Positions 35,520-45,592 of a DNA stretch of 47,223 nucleotides are shown here, in pieces (positions within the stretch are counted from its first letter, which is position 1; each line of letters begins with the position of its first letter). A model generated the notes under the pieces. That model was not told where the DNA came from. It did no database searches and worked only from the letters and a program-made list of their open reading frames with translations. Source of the stretch: Chiloscyllium plagiosum (Eukaryota). Position numbers and translations under genes: made by a program. The stretch is from assembly GCF_004010195.1 (NCBI RefSeq), contig NC_057755.1, forward strand, positions 2,259,783 to 2,307,005, read 5' to 3'.

Positions 35520-37345
35520 TCTCCATCTCTCCTCTTTTTCCAGTCTGTCTTGTCTGTGTTTCACTTTTCCTCTCTCGTGCTCTTCCTCAACTCACAGCTT
35601 CTTGCTGAGTCTCTCTCTGTCTCTCTTTCTAACTCGCTATATCTGTCTCTCTTTATCTGTATTGTCCTGTCTCACACATTCTCTCTCTCTACCTGTCTGT
35701 CTATCTCTCTGCCTCCCTCGATTTCTCTCCTACTTTGTCTCTATCTAGCTCATTGTCTGTCTCTCTGTCTCTCCCTCGTGCTGTCTTTGTCTTTTTCTCA
35801 CATTGACCAGTTCAGTGTTGTCTCAGTTCAGCACATGCTGACTTGCATTGACACAAATCCCTTCCTGTTCTCTTCACTTACTGATCTTTCCCCAGGCAGT
35901 GATTGCCCCAGGGAAAATATAAAGTGCACAGATGCAGCCAGAAATATCTTGACACATTACTGTAAGTAACTATCCTAAACGTTGATGTTCTCCCTTTCCT
36001 TTCCTTGTGTCTGAGTGAGAGGAATGTTCATGCGTTTCTCTTTCAGTGTGTAAGGGTTTCTTTGTGTATCTGAGTGGACGGGTGGCAGCTTCATTGCCTT
36101 TGTGAGTTTGTCACTCTGTGTGTGAATGTCTCTCAGTTTTTGTCGTTGGATGTGTCCCTGACTGTGACACATTTTGAGAGTATTTGTGCATGCGTGTGGG
36201 TTTCCCTTTGTGTGCATCGGGAGGTATTTCGGTAACTACACATTCATGTATTTATGTATTTGTGAATGTTATGCAGTCTTTATGAGTATGCTTCCGTGAA
36301 GGTGTGTGTTTTCATGTATGTGTATGTTACAGTGCCTGTGTGATTATATATCTGTGTGTTTTACGTATTTGCATCAGTTATGTTTGTGCCAGCGTGTATG
36401 CTGTTTGTGGGGTACAGTCCCTCTGGCTGTGTGTTTGTGCGCGCATGTGTGTGTATTTTACTGTCAGCATGTCATTATGGTTCTGTGACTCCATGTATAT
36501 GCGTCTCTGAGTATCAGTGTATTATTGTGAGAGTGCAGGATGTGTCTTTGCCTGACTATGCTCTTCTTTAAGCAGGTAAGTGTGTTGTTCAGACTGTGTT
36601 TCCCTGTCTGTCCGTGTTCCAAGACCATTATTTGCCCCGTGGGATCTCTCTGTGGGTGTGACTCTGTGTTTGTTTGTGAGTGTTGCTCTCAATCTACATC
36701 TATATGTGATTGTGGTTCAGTAATTTTGCTTAAATGTGCTCGTGTGTGTCTATGACATTTTTGTCAGCCCTTCGTGATTGATGTGCAACGTCTCATACTA
36801 TCAATTTGTTTCGACATCTGTGTGAGGGTGTGGCTATAATTCTATGTTTTAGTGGAGATGTGTTCCTATATCACAACATGATTGTTCTTGTGTGTGTGGA
36901 TGTGTGTGCATTCTGTCTGTGCATAGGTGTGTTCCTATCTGTCTCAGTCCGGCTGTTTTTCTCGGCATGTATGTGCGCCCACGCGCATGTGTGAGAGTAT
37001 GTGTGTCCTCCTTCTGCACTCTGATTGTGTTCCTGTGTGTGCTCTGAGGGCATGGGAATGTTTCTGTAGTTTTTGTGTAGATATGATTCCACATTTCAGT
37101 TTGACTGTGCTATTGTGTGATTGCGTGTGGATGTGTGTTTGAGTGTGTGTATGTGTGCATGCTTGTGTGTTTTTGCTCGTCAGTTCGTTCTTATATCTAC
37201 CTTTGACTGTATTTCTGTGTGTGGGTGTACATCTGCATATGTATGCATCTGTGTGTGTAAGGGTGTGGGTATGCTTCTGCGTGTATGTGTATGTGTGTGT
37301 GTGAGGTTGTGGATGTGTTTCGGTGACCACCTGGCTGTGCTTCTG
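35520..37345. repeat. Degenerate CT-rich then GT-rich low-complexity region
   Basis: Scrambled (CT)n ~35520-35800 and (GT)n ~36000-37345; paralogous to 41590-43400. Confidence 0.85.
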
Positions 37346-37574
37346 ACTCTGTCTGATCATGAGAACCCGCTCTCCTGAAAAAAAGCAAAGTGAACCCTTC
37401 ACGGTGCACAGATTGCCCTAAATGGTGTAATTCTGCCAACCTTGGAAATATCTAACCATCAGTATGTACCTCCTGCACCCAGAAAGCTGAACTTTTATTT
37501 CAGTTCGAGGACCTAAGCCTAATGAACGAAATGGGGAAGCTAATAGGATTGTCATTAGGTCAAGTAGATGGATC

Positions 37575-37755
37575 TAATTTAACATGAGTTCCCTAATTGG
37601 GGTTGTTAATCGGGTGCAATCAGGGAGTCCTGGGTGACAGATATAAACTGGAGTGTCAATGGTTCTGCTCTCTCTAATAACCAGCTTTGTGCTAGCTGGG
37701 TCAGTGTCATGTACTATGCAAGTGCAAATGCAGAGTGACTTGATGATGGGATCCT
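37575..37755 (+). mobile_element. LTR fragment related to 6610-6728, running into the gap
   Basis: ttccct..ttgggg.tgttaatc.gg..caatca..gc.ct.g.tgacaga is shared between the two sites; contains GATATAAA. Confidence 0.6.
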
Positions 37756-38255
37756 NNNNNNNNNNNNNNNNNNNNNNNNNNNNNNNNNNNNNNNNNNNNN
37801 NNNNNNNNNNNNNNNNNNNNNNNNNNNNNNNNNNNNNNNNNNNNNNNNNNNNNNNNNNNNNNNNNNNNNNNNNNNNNNNNNNNNNNNNNNNNNNNNNNNN
37901 NNNNNNNNNNNNNNNNNNNNNNNNNNNNNNNNNNNNNNNNNNNNNNNNNNNNNNNNNNNNNNNNNNNNNNNNNNNNNNNNNNNNNNNNNNNNNNNNNNNN
38001 NNNNNNNNNNNNNNNNNNNNNNNNNNNNNNNNNNNNNNNNNNNNNNNNNNNNNNNNNNNNNNNNNNNNNNNNNNNNNNNNNNNNNNNNNNNNNNNNNNNN
38101 NNNNNNNNNNNNNNNNNNNNNNNNNNNNNNNNNNNNNNNNNNNNNNNNNNNNNNNNNNNNNNNNNNNNNNNNNNNNNNNNNNNNNNNNNNNNNNNNNNNN
38201 NNNNNNNNNNNNNNNNNNNNNNNNNNNNNNNNNNNNNNNNNNNNNNNNNNNNNNN
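37756..38255. other. Assembly gap (500 N)
   Basis: N run. Confidence 0.99.
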
Positions 38256-39005
38256 CTGCACTTTGAAAGGCAAATCAGAGCAGGACATATACAGTTATTG
38301 ATAAGGTCCTGGGCATTGTCGCTGAACAAGGAGACCTTGGAGTGCAAGATCATAGATCATTGAAAATGATTTCTGAGATAGAGAGGTTGTTGATTACAAT
38401 GTTTGGTATGCTTTGCTTTACTGATCAGAGCATTGCATATAGGAATTGGGAGATCATGTTGTGGCTGTGCAGGACATTGTTTAGGACACGTTTGGAATAT
38501 TGTCTGCAATTCTAGTGTCCCTCCAAGAATGTCGGAAAGTTTAAAAGTTTCAGAAAAGATGTTTCCAGGGTTGGAATATTTGAAGTATAGGGATAGGCTG
38601 AATATACTGGGTCTGTTTTCCCTGGAGTGTTGTAGGCTGAGGTGTAACCTCGTACGCATTTATGAAATCATGAGGGGCATTGAAAGTAGTAGCAGAGAGG
38701 GTATTTTCTCTGTTATGGGGGAGTCTAGAAAGAGAGGGGATAGGTTTACGTTGAGAGGGCATGAAATTAAAAGGAACTCAAATGGCACCGACTTCACAGA
38801 TGTCGTGGTGCGGCTATGGAATGAATTATCAGAAGAGGTGGTGGTTGCTCGGACAATTACAAAATTTAAAAGATATCTGGATGGGTAGATAAATAGAAAG
38901 AGTTGAGAGGGATTCATGGGCAAATGAGACTGGGTTAATTTAGGATATGCATTCGGCATGGATAATTTGGACTGAAGTGTGTGTTTCCATGCTATATTAC
39001 TCCAT
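38256..39005 (+). mobile_element. CR1 3' fragment, positional duplicate of ~31895-32665
   Basis: YRDRLNILGLFSLE..LWNELSEEVV; followed by the same flank as at 32670. Confidence 0.88.
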
Positions 39006-39134
39006 GTGTTTAACCATGGCCAGAGTGCTAAGAACAATCGAACAAATGTTCCATTGTAGTTGAATTTCTTTAAATCTTACTTCACTTTTGAGTTCAGTGA
39101 CCCATGTTCAGATGAAGATGTTCTGATGAAGCGT

Positions 39135-39292
39135 TGACATGCCTTTGTACATGCGCTATCATGTCTCACCAACTTAACTGAGTTTTGTAAAGAAGTGTCA
39201 AAGAGGATTGATGGGGCAGAACAGTGGATGTGATCTATGTGGACTTCAGGAAGGTTTTCAAACTGGTTTGTCATGGTAGACAAATTCGTAAG
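39135..39292 (+). mobile_element. Internal CR1 RT fragment inserted in a Penelope-tail relic
   Basis: SCLTNLTEFCKEVSKRID..VDVIYVDFRKVF; absent at the paralogous site ~32865. Confidence 0.75.
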
Positions 39293-39913
39293 ACTTCTCT
39301 CTCCACAGATACTGCCATACTTGTTGGATTTCTTCTGTGTCATGTTTTCAGCATTCAAAAACTTAATTTATTTCATTACAATGCTTCACTTCCAATCCCT
39401 CTCAGAACTAATTCTTAGAACCATAGAATCAGACTGTATATGAGAGGATCTTTGGTCGTTCCCGTTTGTGCTAACAAAGCTACACAAAATCTACTCTTAT
39501 CCCAGCACCCAGCAGTATCCTCATAGTCTCGAATATGATGATGCTTCAAGCGTTCATCGGTAGTTTTTAAAGTTTGTGACATTTACTGCTTCCACAACTC
39601 TCCCAGACACTGAATTAGCCGACACCCACCACTCTCTGGGTGAACGCCTATTCCTCAGATCCCGCACAAGCTCTTCCCTTTCACTTTAAAGGTATGCACA
39701 CACACCCCACCTGCCATCTGACAATTGCCAGCCCACCCTTTGTTAAACACAGGAGTAAGCAGCTTCTAAATGGGTCCGGCCATTGGAGCTGTCATGTTCA
39801 AACTCGACATCTGAACATTCGCAAATGCTAAGATCTTATATTGATCTCTGCGCCGACATAGACAAGCTTGATCATTAATTTCCAATTTGCATTTTACTTC
39901 CTGTTTCTTTCAG

Positions 39914-40761
39914 TTAATTGCCTGGTGATTTTGGTTCTCGCACGAGGAAAGTTTGGTCTCTCGTACAGCACAACACGCTGCCTGTTGGCTATGGCAATGT
40001 CGGATCTACAGTTTGTTCTCACTGACATCATACTGTGGAAACTCAAATTCTTTGGCATGCCAACGTGTTTCCTGGGTCTCACCTCTGTGTGCCGTCCTGC
40101 CTATGTCATGGCTCGTGCAGCCACAGACTGTTCCGTCTGGTTCACTGTCCTTTTCACCTTTGATCGTTTTGTGGCCATTTGCTGCCTGACAATGAAGAGA
40201 GATTATTGGACAGAAAAGGCCTTGACAGTGGTTATGGCTGCAACTGGAATTCTTCTCATTTCAAAAAGCATTCCCTTTAATTTTCGGTTTGAACCTGGGA
40301 GTATAATTAACAATGTTCTTTGGCACTGCAAATAAAGTCAAGTCAGGTGGCTGGGATTCAGGTGGTTTGATATCATTTTAACCTCTTTCATCCGATTCGT
40401 GTAAATTCTGTTGATGAATACTCTGATGGTCAGACACATTTTGTTGAACAGTCGTGTCTGCAAGAGCCTGAGGTGTCAGAGGCTCAAAGACAGAGAGATG
40501 GAGAATCGGAGGAGGTCAGTGATTTCCCTCTTCACCATATCCATTAGCTTCATACTTCTGTGGACAGTGCACGGTTCAAACGTCTTGTACTTTAGCATTA
40601 AAGGAACTTACCGTTGGAACTACAGTTCTATAAAGGATTTTACATACATTGCAGAAATGTTGAGGGTTTTAAGCTGCAGCACGAACACATTATTTTGTGC
40701 AGTGACTCTGTCCAAATTCAGAGCGAAGTTCAAGAATGCGATGCAAAAACTGGTTACATAA
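39914..40761 (+). pseudogene. GPCR copy 5 (GPR139-like) exon 2 with premature stops
   Basis: Acceptor ttctttcag| at 39913; ARGKFGLS..AATDCSVWFTVLFTFDRFVAICC; TAA at 40333-40335 and 40402-40404; ECL2 deletion; EMENRRRSVISLFTIS..SCSTNTLF. Confidence 0.88.
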
Positions 40762-41589
40762 GTTCTTTGCTTAATGACTCAGCAAAACAACTGGCTGTCG
40801 TCCGCAGGCACCTGCAGTGTTCCCAAAGCAGGAATTGCATATGTACAGACAGAATTTCATCACAACAATCACATGGATTGAGTTGAACATCCTGCAGTGG
40901 AATGGTGACCCATCCTGCAAGATGGGTCACCATTCACCACGCTCAGTACACGCTGCTATCCCTGATTGACTGACGGATTGACACACATGGAGACACACAA
41001 ACAATAAGGAGCAGTAGTCCATTCAGCCCTACGAACCTCGTCCACCTGTCATTCCAGAACACCACGGTTCATCCAATTCTAAGGTGTAATCCACCTTCCT
41101 GTCTGTCCCTGACAATGATACCAATCTCCCAGCCTTAACATAATCCATCCACTTCCACTTTAAGCAATATTGGAAGACGCAACAACGGGACAGCAGTGAA
41201 GGGAAAAATAAGTAACTGTCAGGGGCAGTGCAGGAGGAAAAGAGGCTAGAGTAGTGATTCCAAATGACGGATTGTCTGTGAGTGATGGACTCAGCTGGAA
41301 CATTGAGTCTTCACGGAGAGCCCTGTGAGTGAGTGGTAAAGTCCGGCAGGAGGGGTTTCTGCATTTCCCCTGCAGGGGAGGAGAAGGAGGGACAGAAACT
41401 TCTCCTCCTGTACTATGATCAATGTCAGTCTCTGTCTGTCAGCTCGAAATAAACATTTTTTCCAACAAGAGAAAGTCTCCGTGTGCTTGTGATCCCCTCA
41501 TCTGAATTGTTTCTTGCTCCATGCACATTTGTTCAGTTTTGAAAGTGTTCCATGAGCCCTCTTACGCTTACTTCCGCCACAGGAATATT

Positions 41590-43400
41590 GCCTTCTCTCT
41601 CTTTCCGCCTCTTTCTGCATGTCGTTTTCTCTGTCACTCTCTTCCTCTCTTTCTCACTCTCCATCGCTCTGTCTGCTTCGCTCTCTCCCCACTTCTAGAT
41701 TTCTNNNNNNNNNNNNNNNNNNNNNNNNNNNNNNNNNNNNNNNNNNNNNNNNNNNNNNNNNNNNNNNNNNNNNNNNNNNNNNNNNNNNNNNNNNNNNNNN
41801 NNNNNNNNNNNNNNNNNNNNNNNNNNNNNNNNNNNNNNNNNNNNNNNNNNNNNNNNNNNNNNNNNNNNNNNNNNNNNNNNNNNNNNNNNNNNNNNNNNNN
41901 NNNNNNNNNNNNNNNNNNNNNNNNNNNNNNNNNNNNNNNNNNNNNNNNNNNNNNNNNNNNNNNNNNNNNNNNNNNNNNNNNNNNNNNNNNNNNNNNNNNN
42001 NNNNNNNNNNNNNNNNNNNNNNNNNNNNNNNNNNNNNNNNNNNNNNNNNNNNNNNNNNNNNNNNNNNNNNNNNNNNNNNNNNNNNNNNNNNNNNNNNNNN
42101 NNNNNNNNNNNNNNNNNNNNNNNNNNNNNNNNNNNNNNNNNNNNNNNNNNNNNNNNNNNNNNNNNNNNNNNNNNNNNNNNNNNNNNNNNNNNNACTGCCG
42201 CATCCAACAATATCTTGGCATAATATTAGTTACATTTCTGTAAATGTTGTGTCCCTTCATCTTCTGCGCTTTGACTGTCTCCCTCTCTCTCCCTGTCCAT
42301 GTGAGGGAGTTTGTGTTTAAGTGTTTCACTGCCAGGGTCTGTCAAGGTCTCTGTGTGTATCTATGTTTCACTGCCTTTGTGGGAATGTCACTCTGTGTGT
42401 GCTTTCGCAGATTTTGTCTTTGGATATGTCCATGTGACACATTGTGAGTTCATTTCTGCTGCCGTGTGTTGGATACCCTCTGTGTGTGGACCTGGAAAAG
42501 TATTTTGCTGACTACATATTGCGGTGTTTATGCGTTTGGGTATGTTATTCAGTCTATGTAGGAGTGTTTCTGTGACAGTGAGTATGTTCGTGTGGCTGTT
42601 CGTTACTGTGCCAGTGTGAGTATGTATCTGCGTGTGTTTTGACATTGTATCTGCTGTGTTTGTGTCTGTTAATATGCTGTGTGTGTGTGTGTGGTTACAT
42701 TCCTATGACAGTGATTTTTTGTGTGTGTGTGTGTTACTGTTAGCATGTTATGATGGTTACTGACTCTATATGTGCACAAATGTTTCTGTAAGTTCTTGCA
42801 TGTTGATGTGTAATGTCTCTCAGTATAACTTCGCTTCTATATGTGTGTAGGGATGTGTGTGTGATTATGTGTCTGTGTGTAAATGTGTTTCTTTATTTGG
42901 AATGATTTTTTATTTGTGCATGTGTGTGTCCTGTATCTTTGTTGGTCTGATTGCATATCTCAGTATGACTGTATTTCTGTCTGTGGATGTGTGTGCATTC
43001 TTTGTCTCTATGTAGGCGTGTTCCTATATCTCTCAGTATGGTGGTATTTCAGTGTGGGCGTGTGCATGTAAAGTTTGGGTGTGTTAATGTATCAGCATGT
43101 AGGCATAGTCACACACTTTAGTCTGATTGTATTCCTCTGTGAGTTTGCGAGGGTGTGGTTTGTTTCTATGTCACTCAGGATCAGGTAATGTTTCTGTCTG
43201 GAGTTGGTTTCCCACATCTCCGTTTGACTGTTTCTGTGTATGTTCGTGTGTTGTGAGTGGAGGATGGGATGTGTTCCTGTTTTTGTTTATCAGTATCTTC
43301 CTATGTCTCAACTTGAGTGTATTTGTGCGTGTGGGTGTACTTCTGTGTCTGAGTGACATGTTTTTGCGAGTATGTGCGCTTGGGTGTGTTTCTGTGTCTC
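41590..43400. repeat. Degenerate CT/GT low-complexity region (contains a gap)
   Basis: Composition, and colinearity with 35520-37345. Confidence 0.8.
41705..42193. other. Assembly gap (~490 N)
   Basis: N run; the end coordinate is approximate. Confidence 0.95.
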
Positions 43401-43624
43401 TCAGGAACTGGTTATATTTCTGTCTCGTCACAAAACTCCCTCTCCTGAAAAAGGACGAGTGCACCCTACAGCAGGTCACGGTGCACAATTGCTCTCAATG
43501 GAGTATACGTGGGAATCTGGGAGAAATCCAAACATCAGTCTCTCCACCTAATAACTACTGAAACCTGAACTGTTACTTCGGTTTCTAGACCTAATGTTTA
43601 ACTAACGAAACAAGGCAAGGTAAT

Positions 43625-43875
43625 ATTTAATGAGATGCAAGGCACTAGGAATCTCAAAGGACCAGTGGGTACTTGGGATGCTTGCCCACTGATCCCTGAA
43701 TGTTGGAGGACAGGTTAATAAAATAATTAAGGTGGCACATCATAGACTACATGTCTCGATCAGTCACGGTGCAGATTATAGGGGTAGGGAGGTCTTTCTG
43801 GCCTTTTGTAGGACTCTATACACTCACATGAACACAGAAATCTTCAAAAAGCTGATGTCAGGTGGAGAGGGTGAC
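43625..43875 (+). mobile_element. Old CR1 fragment
   Basis: Degenerate Q..LG...H.SL.V.GQVNKIIK.AH and EVFLAFCRTL motifs. Confidence 0.6.
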
Positions 43876-44109
43876 AGCGTTTAATAAGTGTAATTGGTCG
43901 GTTGGTCGAGAGTGGAGACAATCCCTTGTAGATATAGATCCAGAAATGGTTCCCTCCAAAAACACGTCAATCTCCTCTTATCATTGGAGAAAAAATGCTA
44001 TTCAGAGTACGGTGTCACCAGCAGAGCTGATGATCTGAGCATTGATACTCTCTCTAATGAGCCTTGATTTTTCTCTTTGGTGCATTTTGTGTTTGTGACA
44101 CATTTCTGC

Positions 44110-44625
44110 TACTGAGTGTCGTGGAGGAGGAAGTGTAGGTTTGTAGTTGTGATGTCAATCAAGCAAGCTGCTTTGTCCTGGGTGGTGTCAAGTTTTCTGA
44201 GTGTTGATGGAGCTGTATCCAAACAAGAAACTGGGGAGTATTTCGTTACTCTTCTTACTTTTGCTTTGACTTTGGGGAGTCAGGAGGTGAGTTACTCGCC
44301 GTGGTCTTCCTGGCCTCTGACCTCCTTTTGTAGCAATAATGTTCAAATTAATTATGACCAGCTATTTATTGATGAAGTAGCTGAAGCTGTTTTGGCCGAG
44401 GACACTACACCGTGGAATTTCTGTAGAGATGTTCTGGAGCCGAGCTGACCCTCCTCTGACAACGACAACCACCTTCTTGTGTGCCTGATATGACAGGTAC
44501 GAGCAGTGAGTGTGCCCCCGATTGTCCTTCAAGTGAATTTTGGGCGAGCCACAGGGATGTCAGGGTGTGTCACTCTCACCTCCTCTCTGGGATTCAGCTC
44601 TTGGCCCATGTTTGAAGCAAAAATG
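44110..44625 (-). mobile_element. Old LINE (CR1/L2-like) fragment
   Basis: gcaagctgctttgtcctgggtggtgtcaagttttctgagtgtt is the reverse complement of a KLD.IQ.KAA.LI-type motif; agctgtt..gccgaggacactac-type RT remnant (GV..GSVLG). Confidence 0.5.
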
Positions 44626-44631
44626 TCATAC

Positions 44632-44830
44632 ATAAACAAAAGCAGACATTTCTGGATTGCTCAGCATGACTGGCGGCATCTGTGGAGAGATATCAGAGTT
44701 AACACTTCAGGATTTGTGATGCTTTTTCAGAACCTGTCGCAACTTGCCTTACCAACTAATTTTGTGTCAACTGCAAATTTGGAAACAGCACATTTTCTTC
44801 CTTTCTCCAACTCATTCACATACACAGTAT
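44632..44830 (-). mobile_element. Penelope-tail arm (44632-44733) abutting a short CR1 RT fragment (44734-44830)
   Basis: ctggcggcatctgtggagaga..gagttaac arm; minus-strand YVNELEKG..VSKFAVDTKLVG. Confidence 0.6.
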
Positions 44831-45592
44831 TGCATTCTTCACATGTACGGCATATAAAGTATTCAGCATTGTTATATGTTGGAGGAGAGTGTGTCTGTAC
44901 AAATATTGCTGTGTATAGGAGTTGATCATGTTTGCATGTAAATATTATTGTGCATTGTATCTGTTTGTGTTTATATCTAAACATTGTTTTGCATTGGAGT
45001 TGTTCTAGTTTAAACATAAATATCGTAAAGCATTAGAACTGCTCATTTGTAAATATAAATATGGTTGTGTCTGGAAACGGTTCCTGGTCGTATTTACTTC
45101 CTCTTTTGTATTTGAGTTGTTCTTGCTTTTATATTAATATTGTTGTACCTCAGTTCTGTTCTTTTTTTTTGATAGATATCTTGGTGTGTTGCGACTGCAC
45201 ATCTGATTAATTTATCTGATTCTGTGTTGTGAACTTCGCCCAACAGTTCCTCCAAGATCAGTTATGAATTTCATTGTTTGTTAATTTTTCCAGATGCACA
45301 CCGATGTCCAACGATACATGAATTCAAACAGCAAAGGTTGTAACTGTGCAGGTTCTCTCTCTCTCCCCTGTAATGACTTCACCATGTGCTTCCATCGTCT
45401 TTCTTCTCCCTTTTAAAACTGCTATTGTTTTGACTTTGTTTCCCAAAGTTCCAAAACAATGCAACAGCACATGAATCCACTTGCTGCTCCTGGAATTCGA
45501 GGAAATCACCTCCAGCACCTAAAATACCTCAAAAAAGGAGCAAATGTTACAGGCTGAAAATGTTCCTGTCCTCCATCTTGGATTACCCCGAA

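Larger units (their letters stand above)
31895..43625. repeat. Tandem segmental duplication B: ~31895-37560 and ~38256-43625 (offset ~6.1-6.2 kb)
   Basis: Colinear CR1 3' end, intron, GPCR exon 2 (acceptor offset 6171), 3' flank, CT/GT tract and post-tract sequence (37345-37550 vs 43400-43625). Confidence 0.88.

Noticed and set aside
35490..37440. Many Cys/Val-rich or His/Thr-rich ORFs (also 42244-43561) suggesting metallothionein or zinc-finger proteins
   Set aside because: By-products of degenerate (GT)n/(CA)n sequence; no motif spacing conserved between the two duplicates.
37574..38363. 200-260 aa ORFs (also 41521-42329 and 45627-45941)
   Set aside because: They span N gaps and are artefacts.
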